This document shows, one piece after another, positions 47,426 through 59,300 of a stretch of DNA of 64,000 nt. Both the position numbers and the translations under genes were made by a program. This DNA comes from Yuukianura sp. NJ FZ-2021. Its lineage: Eukaryota. How positions within the stretch are numbered: position 1 is the stretch's first letter; every line of letters starts with the position of its first letter. The notes beneath the pieces are model-generated. The model did no database searches, was not told where the DNA came from, and saw only the letters and a list, made by a program, of their open reading frames with translations. The stretch is from the NCBI GenBank assembly GCA_046563655.1, contig CM102287.1, positions 9,858,001 to 9,922,000 of the forward strand. The letters run 5' to 3'.

Positions 47426-49104
47426 ATGCAAATGCAAATGGACGCGAATTTTCAATTTCGCGCCGCGGAGGCAGAATTGAACGAGCGTCGTCGTCGTCTG
47501 AAACTGACCAATCGCTGGTCGCCATTTGAGACGTCTCCGATAAAATGGCATCGCTTCGAACCACAACTCTACGCTGATGTTCATCGGAAGCTCCAGTACT
47601 TCCAGGGTGCTGGAGCTGCTTGCATACTTTTGACCTTGACCTGTTGGTAAGACACCATTTCAATTCCAGCGATCAGCGATTTCAATTTCAGCGATTCCCT
47701 TTTTCCGTTTTTAGGTCCTGCTATGACCAATTCCCAGCCAGAGATTGGACTTCCACCACAACTTTTGTTCTGTGCTTCCCCAAGCAAATTTTTTGTCCTG
47801 ACCTTTGAAATTTTGATTTTCTTTAAAAAATTTTTGCATTTTTTTCAGAGTCGAGATACTTGCGACGCTGCTCGTTGGATACCTAATGGGTTCGAGCCGA
47901 ATCCCAGTCAACTACATCTCCCTCATGCTAATCGTGATTTTCTAAAATTTGACGAAAATTAAATTTTGAAATTTCAAAATTTTGATTTTTTGACATGTCA
48001 CGTTTTTGATTTTTAGTGGTTCCTCGTTTTCTACTTTCCTTTAGAGGTCAAATCGCTGCCCTGGAGCAGCGACTGGATTTCTTCGGCAACAGGCCACTCT
48101 TTGGCCATTGCCGCCGCTGCAGTAGCCACGTCCTGTTTCATTGGCTCACGCTCCAAGGTAAATTTGCACACAAAATTTGCAAAAATTGGCAATATTTGCA
48201 AAAAATTGGCAATATTGGCAATTTATTGAATCTCATGATGGAGACTTGTGATTATAAAAGGTTCACCTCGTAAATCCAACAATTCAATCTCTAACGCTCG
48301 TGTCTCCAAACCTTGATTTGTGTAGATTCAAGTGATTTTAAGCCAAATTGGTTGTAATTTTTTGCAATTTGAGTTTCCTCTTTTTTGCACTCGATGATGA
48401 TCCCAATAATGATAATTATGACATGACCTCTTTTTCCTCACGTAAAAACTAACAATTCACAAACCAAAACTGGGTCACGCTCACGAATGAGAGAATTTCG
48501 TCTTTGGAAAAATGTGTCAGGTCGAAGGTCAAACTTTTTTGAATTTTTTTATGTTCTAAATTTTTGTGTCTGTCTTTTTGCAGTTACAAATTGGTCAAAG
48601 TGGAATTGGAATTTTAGTGACAAATACACTTGGAACGAGTCTCTCTGCAGGACTTGTGTTCCTGTCAATCGTGATTCTTGGATCACATGACCTTGACGAG
48701 GAGAGGTCACGCCAGTTGACCTCTAAGCACTTCCGCATGACACTACTTTGGGCCTATGTCACAACTGCCATCACCTTCTGTGTCAGTCACCACCACTTTT
48801 CAATGTCATTGTCACTAAAAAGTTAATCAGTCATGCTTCTTTGAACTTTTTTTAGAACTTGGGATTTGTTCTGAGAACAGTTTTGGTGTCAGTGAAGCGG
48901 AAGCGATTTCCAGGTCAATTGATGAAGAAAACGATACTGGAAGCGTTGATTTGGGCCATGACGACGCTCATTCCAGTTCCTTATGTCGCTGCAATTCAGC
49001 CTCAACTGACCTTGGACAAAGTCTACTCTTCGTCATCAGTGCAAACTCTACTTGAATATCTATGGTTTATGCCTTTTCCTGTACTTGAAACATGTGACAA
49101 GTGA
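47426..49104 (+). CDS. Multi-pass membrane protein, possibly a very divergent TMBIM/Bax-inhibitor-1 family member, ~320 aa; exons 47426-47646, 47715-~47783, 47849-47933, 48017-48157, 48584-48781, 48856-49104
   Basis: Six exons join in frame and give about 6-7 hydrophobic segments. RIPVNYISLMLIW resembles the lifeguard P.NYILL segment. The donor of intron 2 is uncertain (GC at 47784 or a weak GT at 47771). Family call is weak. Confidence 0.6.
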
Positions 49105-49830
49105 CGATATGAATTCTGAACTTCAAAATGACAAATGTGACCTGTGACCTTCGATTTTTTAACGCCTGAGACAATTAGAAGCTTCTCATTATTGTTTCAA
49201 AGTATATTTTTACGTATTGATCGTGTTTCACCCTGTACATGAAATGAGCGGGAAAATAAGATTTGAATTTGCAATTTATTTATTTTATTGGTTGGAGTAA
49301 GGTTTAATGGCAGCCGGTGTATCCTTGAAGTTTTATCCTTTGCAGCTATAATAGTGACTATTCTTTGCGGTAATTTATATAGTAGCCACTTTGAGGTTAT
49401 GTTAGCTGAAAGTGGCTACAGAAGTTGCCACTAAGGTGTAGTTGGTTACTGTAGCGACAAAGGACGGCAACCGGAGTGGCTACAATGCATGAACATTTGG
49501 ATGGCCGTTCATCCTTACTGCAACCGTTTTATTTTTATACTTTGCTTTGCAATTTGTTGCAATTTCGAAAAAAGTTTTGAGAGAATCGTTTTGAATTTGA
49601 ATTTGAATTGTTCAGTTAATTAATTCAGCGTTGATCAATTAAATACAGCTTACTGCTGTCTACTTCGATGAGAGTAGAATCGCAATCGGTGGAATTTGTT
49701 ATACTTTTGTAAACTTGTTGTTTTTTACTCAAAACTCAAATGGTAACATCTAACATGAAGATTTGTTAAAGTTCAAAGTCAAAGAAATGGTTTTCTAAAA
49801 ATCGGGCACATTGTTTTTTTTAATAGAAAA

Positions 49831-51030
49831 ATGCCAAAGGTTAGGAAAGGGAAGGGTGGGAAGAAACCAAAACTGCAAGAAAATCAACAAAATCGTTCGT
49901 CTCCAGCTCCACAACCACTAAAAGCTTCACAATCTTCACAACAATTGAAATCAGTCCCAACCAAAGTAAAGACAAAATCCACAAAACAGGGCCGCGATGC
50001 TTCAGCGATTGTATCAGCACCAGCAAAAATACTGACAGCCGTAGCAGCTCCTGTGCCAACTCCAACTCCTTACGTTCCTGTGATTATAAAGACGGAAGAT
50101 CACATTGAAGCAGCCACAGGTCAACGACGTGCGGGGTTACGATTGGGTCAATCAGTCGGAGACGTTTTGATGCCCGGGGATGAATTTGTGGTTGAGTCAA
50201 GTGATGGACCAGTCATTCTTGGACCAGGACTTCAAGTCAAAGTGACATGTGATGAGAGTAAGAAGGATAAGATCGTTAGTGTCACCAAAGCAGGAGTTCT
50301 CATTCAACGAAAGCCTCAGACGTTCTACATTGACATGACTGCTAGAAGTGTAAGTTTGGAATTGACTCCAATCAGATTAATCGATCAACTTTTTTAATTG
50401 ACTTTCTTATGCTTCAGTATCTTCCATGTAAACATGATGATGTTGTTGGGGTCATAACGAAAAGGTCAGGCGATCAATATGTCGTTGACATCGGAACGCG
50501 AGATCGAGTCACTCTGTCAAAATTTGCTTTTGAAGGTGCGACAAAAAAGAATAAGCCAGAGCTGAAGGTGCCAATTTTTTAAAATTTTCGAAAATTTTGC
50601 AAGCATAGAATCACTTTTTTTATCGTTTTTTTAGATTGGTGATATCGTGTTTGGTCGATTTATGGACGTTCCAAGCGACTTTCCATTTGAAATCACGTGC
50701 GTGACAGCATCCGGGAAAGCTATGGGCCTTGGACCCCTCGAGGGTGGATTCCTCTTTCAAATTCCTTCACCCTCAATCAAAGTTCTTCAAACAACAAAGA
50801 AGCAAGGTGGATCAGATATCATCAAAAGACTAGGTCAAATTCTGCCATTTGAAATTACACTAGGGGTCAACGGGTACATTTGGGTCAAAAGTAACTATGA
50901 CCTGGCAAACATCCTCATTGCACGCACAATTGAATCTGCCAGTAATTTACCTCCGGAAGAACATGACCAATTACTTTCAGCGTTTCGTACTTCCTTAGAA
51001 TCTGTCCAAGGTATCATGACTTCTAAATAA
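49831..51030 (+). CDS. EXOSC3: Exosome complex component RRP40 with a long N-terminal extension, 354 aa; exons 49831-50349, 50418-50567, 50635-51030
   Basis: VLMPGD, ILGPGL, VTKAGVL, YLPCKHDDVVGVI, YVVDIG, AFEGATKKNKPELKIGDIVFG, GLGPL, PFEITLGVNGYIWV: the S1 and KH domains with the GxNG motif typical of RRP40. Confidence 0.93.
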
Positions 51031-51241
51031 ATTTTGCAGGCTTCAAGCAACTAATTGGTTAAGGACTTGATTAATCTAATCATGATTCTCGGAAAGTTGT
51101 TCTTGGCAACTATCGTTTCTTTTCCTAACAAGAGTAAAAACAAATCCAAATTGGGAAACTTTCTGCCATTTTTGATTCAAAATTTTTCTCGAAAACTAAA
51201 AAAAAAGCTATTTTGTTGATCTGAGCGTCGTCGGAATAAAA

Positions 51242-52903
51242 ATGGAGCGTCCAGATCCAGATTCTTTGAGGAATTCGAACTCCAGGACTTCCAGGTACAC
51301 CTTTTAATTATGTTTTTAATTACTAATTTCTAATTAATCGATTAACACGATAAGTAATTCCTAATTTATTCCAGATCTGGTTCTGTGAGCAATTCCATCA
51401 TGGCTCTGCATGACCTTGACCTTGAGTCGTCGACTTATGCTCATTCCATCAAAGTGGAAAAAGATTTCTTTGATCAAAATTTCAACACGACCACAACTTC
51501 CTTCGACAGTTTGAATTTCGATGAAGAGGATGCCGACAGTGACAACTGGGGCATTTGGTCTCCAGAGACCGAAAAGTACTGGACTCTGCAGTACATGGAT
51601 GTCAAGGCAGCCTTGGACAAGTTCGGCGACGATGGAGATGACCTTCCGGAAGGTCAAAGGTCACGCAACGACGATGTCGCCATTTTGGTTGACGAAAATG
51701 GACACAATCAACAACTTCCTCAAAAGTTTCAAGGAGATCACTCTGACCCGGGTTTCTCCAAATCTCCTCCGCCGCCACCACCGCCTCAAAACGTTTCCAA
51801 TCTCCGCCGCGTTACTTTTTGGGTGAGCCACTAAAACACTAAACAGTCAGAAACGGCTGAATTACATTGAATTGCTTTGTGGAATTAGTGTAATTACTGT
51901 AATTACTTTGTGGAATTAGTGTAATTACTTGTGTAATTCAGGTATGTTCAATGCCAACACAACCAGTGGATGCAGAGTATGACAATCCAGCGATTCGTGC
52001 TCGGTTTACAGCCAAAGTCCTGCTGCTCAAAACTGTGCAGTTGCTGATAATTTTTTCAGCGATTTTGGGCATGAGTCGCTCCGTTCGGCTGGAAAAGTTT
52101 CATCGCAGACATGCTTTTCCAATTTGGACTGCGGCGTAAGCATGTTGAATTCATCAGAATTTTTCAAATTTCGAGTCTAAAATTTCTACTTTTCCTTAGG
52201 GCCACGTACGTCATGCTCCTCCTGGCAGTGAAAGCAAATTTGATTGGTTTAACAAAACGTGGAGCAGCAGTTTGCCTTTTTGTTCAAGTAAAATTTTGGA
52301 ATTTGAAAATTTGGAATTTCAAAAAGATTTTTTTCTTTGAATTTTTTTTGTAGACGATTTGCCTCATTGAAATTTGCTTCACGGTCACCGCAGCGTCGGA
52401 TCCGTTCGTCCTAGGTTCTGTTCTGCTGGTTCTCAGCATGTCCTATCTCACTCTCGCTGCGTTTTGTCGTTTTGCTACAGTAAGGTGACCTTTGACCTTT
52501 CGAAAACTATGATGACCTTTTAAAAATTGACCTTTGACCTTTGTAGCTTGACCTGGTCAACTCCAACAACCTGTTTGGCCTAACATGGGTTATGGTATTT
52601 GCGACCAGCATTGCAGTAATTGGAGCTCTGAGTCATTTGTCATCTAAAGTCGGACGATCATTGCCCGCTGCCGTTGGACACTACTGGATTCCTACTCTAC
52701 TCTGCTCTGAAACAGCAGTTTTGGTAAACAGCATTTTCATCAAAAAGGATTCAATTTTGAAAAATTGAGCTAAATTTTTGTTGACCTAATTCTTGTTGAA
52801 CTAGTTGACGATTGCTGAACTGTATCAAATCCTACAAGGAAATCGGATTCCTTTACTTAACTCTCAATTCGACTGGATCCAAGCCACAGCTCAGTTGTAT
52901 TGA
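51242..52903 (+). CDS. Divergent lifeguard/TMBIM (Bax inhibitor-1 family) membrane protein, ~394 aa; exons 51242-51294, 51375-51822, 51942-52135, 52200-52287, 52354-52479, 52547-52723, 52805-52903
   Basis: YDNPAIRARFTAKVLLLKTVQLLI matches the lifeguard F.D..IR..FIRKVY.IL..QL motif, and the end AELYQILQGNR...DWIQATAQLY matches YDTQLI.G...EYIFAAL.LY. There is a long acidic, Pro-rich N-terminus. All exons are in phase and AATAAA follows at 52922. Confidence 0.75.
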
Positions 52904-53142
52904 ACGAATTGGAAAATTCAAAATAAAAATGTTTTTTGGACATTTTTTGTTTAAAACGCCCCAGGCATTTTTCTCTTCTAATTTTAGAAAAGATTCCTTG
53001 AAGTTACACGTCCGCAGAAGGATTTACAACAGAATATTGGACAAACCGTTTTTTCTGTCGTTTTTTTTTCGAAACGTTTTAAAATTTGCAACAAACTGAG
53101 ACAAGTGGAATCCGAGGACTAATTGAAGACGAGGACGAAAGC

Positions 53143-53679
53143 ATGAAAACCAAGGTAAGTTTCCGTAAAAGTCTTTAGTTGTAACCTAATTTGTTAAAAA
53201 CAAAATCCGGGTTGAAGTAAAGTCAAGTTGCATCCATTGTAACCACACAGCGTAACTACCGACCCCTAACTTCCACAGTTATAAAAAACAAAAATTTTCT
53301 AAAGCATTCTTCTTTTTAAAGCTCCGTCTAATTTTCTAGGGTATTACTTTTAGAAAAAAGTGGTTTAAATTGTTGTATGTAAATAAAAATTAAGTAAAAA
53401 GGTAATTATATTATTAATATTAACTTATAATAATAGGACAGAGCTATTGGAAATGGAAAAGCACTGAAGCGTGGGGTGAGGAGACTCCGGCGAATTGTGT
53501 ACCAACAGGCACACTTCCTTTTTAGGCTGGATAGGGAGATTCGGCTGGAGAGAGCAGAAGCAGGGGATGGTCTGTCTCAGTCTATAATTGACAAGGAAGC
53601 CGTTGTGGCTGAGCGCAAAGAAATTTTTTACATTTTGGACGACCTCTTTCTTATGCTGAAGCGGGAGATGAGTATTTAA
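53143..53679 (+). CDS. Putative small orphan protein, 84 aa; exons 53143-53154 and 53437-53679
   Basis: ATGAAAACCAAG|GTAAGT donor joins in phase to TAG|GACAGAGCT..., giving MKTKDRAIGNGKALKRGVRRLRR...LMLKREMSI*. AATAAA at ~53706. No family recognised. Confidence 0.45.
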
Positions 53680-53716
53680 TTCCTTTAATATTTTTTTTCA
53701 AAAGAAATAAAAAGAC

Positions 53717-53771
53717 ACTTGGATTTTTACTATTGTGGTGCGGTGAGCGTAATTGCAATTTGTGGAATTTC
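53717..53771 (-). pseudogene. Remnant duplicate of the last codons and 3' flank of the neighbouring 4-TM gene
   Basis: Aligns by eye with 54527-54581 (both begin CACTTGGATTTT). It encodes EIPQIAITLTAPQ* versus EVPPITITLMPPQQ*, with an in-frame TGA a few codons upstream. Confidence 0.55.
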
Positions 53772-54536
53772 GGTGGTTACAATGGATGGAATTCAGCTTT
53801 ACCCCAACCGAACCCAAATAATATAAATTATACAATTCTGTAAAATAATAATAGGGAAATGTAAACTAAAATATAACAGGGAAACTTTCGGAATCCGGAT
53901 ATGGCATTGAAACAGTTCGAAGAATTCATCGGCGAAGCGACAATGAGGCTTGTTTTGCTGGAATATGAGATTGAGCACCAAGGAACATTTGAATACGAGC
54001 CTATTCATGACTTGAAACGTTTAGGCTTCTACGTCTTTACAACAGTTGAATTACGTAAGTGACATTTATGTAAGTGAAAGTTACATCAGTATGCAATTAC
54101 ATCCAAAGGAATTAATAGGCAATTTCATTCACTTAATTTCATCTCTAATAACCTCTAACTCTTTGTGTGAAAAATTCTTGGTTACTGATGTAATGACTGC
54201 TACGACGTGTAGGGGCTGAAGCGTTCCGCACTTTGCACATCCTCCAAGATACTCTCCAATTTTTGAAACGGGAAATGGATCTCTGATTTGTGCATTTTGA
54301 AAACAAGATACAAATAAAATTTCAAAATGTGCCTTATTAAAAAAAACGAAACTCCATGGATCATTGGTACCCTCGTTTTGATGCGATGGGTACAATAGGT
54401 AGGTACCACTAGAGCAGCAAGGAATTTTGAACGGGTGGGTACAGGCGGGGAGTCTAAGTTTACTTCAACCCGCTTCTACTTTTTATAGTAAACTCAATAA
54501 AACATTCAATTCAATTCAGGGTAAAACACTTGGATT

Positions 54537-55631
54537 TTATTGTTGTGGTGGCATTAACGTAATTGTGATTGGTGGAACTTCTATTCCGCCGGGAGTGACC
54601 TCGTGACCTTGTCCGGGGTCAAGCAGTGTCACTTCCGCTTGTTCTTGTTGACTTCCAAGCACTGCGCCTGCGCTGGATGGAATCGCTGTGGGCGGTCCTT
54701 CCATGGTCACCAACCAATGGAACATGCGCACCACTTCCAGGAAGTAGAGGTGCGCAATTGTCCAGGGAAGGAGAGCCACGTTGGAAGCACATTGGTACCA
54801 AACACCAGCCAAAGTCACGCGACCCACCGTCGTCATCAATACAGTCACCATGTACACCCGAATGAAGTTCAGAGACCTCTGTAATTACAAGGTAATTACA
54901 ATTACAATGAATTAGTTTTATGTAATTATGTAATTACTTTTCGTTTTCCCAGGAAGAGGACTAGAGCGAAAGTGGCCGTGAGGAGACTCAAGGCAGCTTG
55001 AATGAGGCTACTGTTGGGTGATGGACAGAACTTGAAGCCATAGGCTAAAAATGATACAGCAATTAGGTCAAAATCAATTAGTTCAACGTCAATTGATTCA
55101 ACAACTAACAGTATGATCAACTGTGTAATTACGTCGGTGGAGATGATGGTGTGTGAAATTTGAAGTGGTCGAACTGTTTTGGCCGACCAGACTCCGGTTT
55201 TCAAAATTTCTGTTTTCAAAATTTTGAAAAAATGGCATCCAGTTCATGTGTGACGAAACTGAAAAAAACTCCAACAGGAAGAGCGCACAAAGCACAATTT
55301 CGAGTCCAATTTCAACCAAGATGAGGACGTCTACCAAAGGGGGGACTTTTGGGCGCCATTTTTTAGGAAATTTGAAAAGCCCGCAAAATTTTGGAGCACG
55401 TCTTTGGGCATGAGCAAAGAGAGAGATGGACTCGTCATGTTGAACGTGTCTCCAAACAATGTGGAGTTGCGTTGTGGTGAGAGATGGACTGGGGTCATCG
55501 AGGTCAAGGTCACGCCGATGACGCTCAAAGGTCAATTCGTCATCTTGTGACGAAACTCCAGTTTGCGGAGTTTGCAGAGTGTCACTGCTTCTAGAAGGGA
55601 TGTCACCAGCCGCTGAATTTGTATTGGCCAT
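54537..55631 (-). CDS. Four-TM membrane protein (LAPTM/DUF4728-like topology), ~315 aa; exons 55631-55133, 55044-54938, 54878-54537
   Basis: Exons join in phase and give four hydrophobic segments (VLILVEIGLEIVLCALFLL; AALSLLTATFALVLFLG; VYMVTVLMTTVG; ALLPWTIAHLYFLEVV) with low-complexity termini. Confidence 0.7.
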
Positions 55632-56352
55632 TTCTTTATCCAAAAATTTAAAAATTTTGAGAATTTTGTCACTCACAAAACCTGTAACCTGAAACTTTGA
55701 TTTCCAGTTTTTTCAACATCCGAGAAATATTTTGGCATGTGAACGGCGTCGAAATGGAACAATTTCTTCATTAATTTTATCTTCTCGGAAGCATTTAGCA
55801 AAATGATAAAAATTTGTCTCGTGTTGCAAAATTTTTGCATAGTTTGCAAAAACGTGTGAAGCGAAGCGAAGCCCGTATTGATGAAAACATTTCCTTTTCA
55901 AATTGCACGAGAATTGTCAAGTATCACTTTTCAAAATCTACGCTAATTTTTCTGTCACCATTTTGTAAAATTTTGCAAAAATGGTTGTTGATATTGTAGA
56001 AAAGATAATGTACAATTAAAAAGTACACGTAACACATGTCAACACGGGGAGAACCATATTGCGTTTTTTGGGGATTTTAATTGAAAAGTACAAAAATTTA
56101 CATTTTTGCAAATTTTGGGGAAAAAAAATTGATGAATTGCAAAAAGTTGGCGGAATTGTTGGTGGTCACCTGAAGTGGGCATGGGTGAGGCGAAAGGGAA
56201 AGTGGCCGCGTGGAACACACTAACATGTTCATCCAAATGTCACTTTGGTCACAGTCACCTTTTGGTCCTTGACCACGACGTCTGCGCAGTGACCAACCAA
56301 AAAACGACTTCTGCGCAGTGATCGACCAATCACAGACTAGACGCCAACCGAA

Positions 56353-59300
56353 ATGGCAACGACGCCAACCTTCGTTGTTTTCTGGAGGTCAAAGTTCGTG
56401 ACGCTCTTTTTCCTCTCTTTCCTTCTCGTAAGTCTATTTTTTCAAAATCAAAACAAAAATTTTTACTTTAACTAAAAATATCGAAAATGAAAAATAGTAA
56501 AAAAAAAAAAGTTAAGAAAACTGTGTAAAAAAAATTTGACTACTCCAAAAAGGCAATTCATCTAGGAGTTAAATTTTTAAAGAGTTTTTTTTCAATGAAG
56601 TTTTTCGAATTGGCACAAACTTGCATAACTTTGCAAAAACTTCTGACTTTTTCCGTGGAAAAAAATGAAATGCCGTTTTTTGTTTAAAAAACTGACGTGT
56701 CTGTTGCTTAATACAAAAGTACTTCTACTTCTTGTAACATCACCGAAAATTTTCATCAACTTTCGATTACTTTGTAACATGCGAATTTCTTTTCTCTAGT
56801 ACACCTTGTTGTTATTTGCATTCATTCTGCACAGTTCTGTGAAGTGATTGATTCACCGTAATACTTAAAATTCTCAAACGTGTTTTCCATCTCGTTACAT
56901 GAATTTCTGCACATCCTCCTTTTTTGCCAATTTCACTTTCCTTTAAGCACATTCACTTTTGATTACGATTTCGCACAATTGCCAAAAAATTATTAGAGCC
57001 ATGCACAATTGGTGGCTCTTAATTACGCTCTCTGCGTATGTCATCCTCCACCCCCCTTGATCTTCCAAGGAAAAACCAGTTAAAATTTCAAATTTTACAG
57101 TCTTTATTCCAAACTCTCTCGAAAAAGTGACTAAAAAGTTGCTGAGTGATGGACATGTATAAAGGATGATGAGTGCTCATCTGCCCATGCGCAGAGATGA
57201 ATTTTGGTGTCAAATTTACATGCATTTTCTACTCTAATTTTAGGCCCCATGGGTAACCAAGGGAGAGAACATGCCCCCTCTGCCCCCTGGAGTGGAAATT
57301 GTGAGCCCAAAAGTAAGCAAAATTTGTGTCACTTCCACTTTTCTTTTGGATTTCGTCAAATTCTAAAATTTCGAATGACTTTTGTTTCAAATTTTGAAAA
57401 AAAAATGCATTTTTGGAATTTTAGGAACTCGGTTTGTCGGAGGAGGAAATTGACAAGTTTTTGGGAAAAGTGAGTTCGATGAACGGAAATAACGCTAAAG
57501 GGTGAGAAAATTTTGAAAACTATTGCTAAAATTTTTAAAAATGAAGATTTCTGAATTTCTTTTTTTTTTTGAAATTTTTGAATTTTAGACCGAAAACTCA
57601 AATTCTGACGGTGGGATTTGATGCCAACGAGAAGATAAATTTGGACCAATTTCAAACTCATCCAGAAGGGCTTTCGGCAGCGGATAAATTGGTGACAGAA
57701 ATTGCCGTAAAAGGATTGGAAAACCGAAACCAAAATAAATTTGGCGACAAACTGAAACAGAACACTCCAAATTTCGGCAACATTTTGGTCGTGCCGACTC
57801 GTTTACCGTTGACTACCAAAGCGACATCTCCGGAATCACGTCAGAAACGGCCTAAAGCTGAACCGGAACCCAAACCGGTATCTTCAGAATCACGGCAGAA
57901 ATGGCCCCAAGTTGAGCCGCAACCGAAACCCGCCAAAAATTCGAACCGTGAAACCCAGCCGAAGACAAAGTCCACTGGAGAAGCATTTTTAGAAAATGTA
58001 AATAGAGAACTGAATCGTCAAATTTTAGAAACAATGAAAAATCACGAACAGCAAATAACCGAACTCGAAACGAAACAGCAAAAAATTATACCGGTCAAAA
58101 AGTCGAAAGATGCCGAAAAAGATCGTCTCAAAGGTCAACCATCTGAACCGGCCAAATCTCAGCTTCTGCCGGAAGGCAAGACTAAAATTCAGCATTCAGC
58201 AGAGGGCAAGACTAAAATTCAGCATTCTGCAGAGGGGAAGACTAAAACTCTGAAAACGACGGAAAATAATACCGGAACGCTGGAAGTATTTCCAGCAACG
58301 ACAGTTCCGGTACTTCCAGCGGTACCGCCAAAAGGCAAGTATCCCCAAGTTCCGGTTTCAGTTTCGCCGAAACCGTTTCCTGAAAAAATCGAAATTTTGA
58401 ATGTCGCCACCGAACCGGGGAAACCGCCAGCACATATTGTGCTTACCAGTACTACTGGACAAGCACAGAAACTGGATTCGGCCCAACAGAATCAAATTCT
58501 TGGAGACGTTCAGCAACAGGGACCGATTTTGTTTACGAATCAACCAAACGGAACAATAGTTGCAGTTGAAGCGCATTCGCAACAAGTTTTTCCACCTCCA
58601 CAGAGCCACCAGCATGTCCAGTTTATGCCAGGCCCAATATTTGTCCAGCATCAGCATCAGCATCCATTCCATCAAATGATGATTCATCAGCAGCCACAAC
58701 CTCCACAAATGATGTATCCTCCTCAACAGTTTTTTGTTCAACAGGAACAACCTCAACAGTTTCCTGTTTACCCCCAGGGGGCGGAGTTTCCTGGTCAAGG
58801 TCAACCACCTCCGCAACAGTTTGTTTTTGCTCCTCAAGGTCAACAGGGTCAAATTCAAGGTCAAGTGGGCCACCAGTATTTAGGGGAAGTACCTCCGCAA
58901 TCTGTTGCTTACCAAGGTCAACCACAACCCTTCCCGGGTCAAACTCAGCAACAACCAATAGAATATCAGCAAGTTCAGCTACAGCGACCTCAGGAATTTC
59001 AAGGTCAGCCACAACAAGTTTTCCAGGGTCAACCACCGCAGGAATTTCAAGGTCAGCCACAAATTGGTCAGCCACCACAAGTTTTCGAGGGGCAGCCTCA
59101 GCCAGCACAAGTTTTCCAGGTTCAGCCACCTCAGGAATTTCAAGGTCAGCAAATGCAAGTTTTCCAGGGACAACCACCTCAGGAATTTCAAGGTCAGCCA
59201 CCACAAGTTTTCCAGGGGCAGCCACTTCAGGAATTTCAAAGTCAGCAGCCGTTCCCGGGTCAACATCAAGCTATGCAAGAATTCCAGCAGTATCCAGGCC

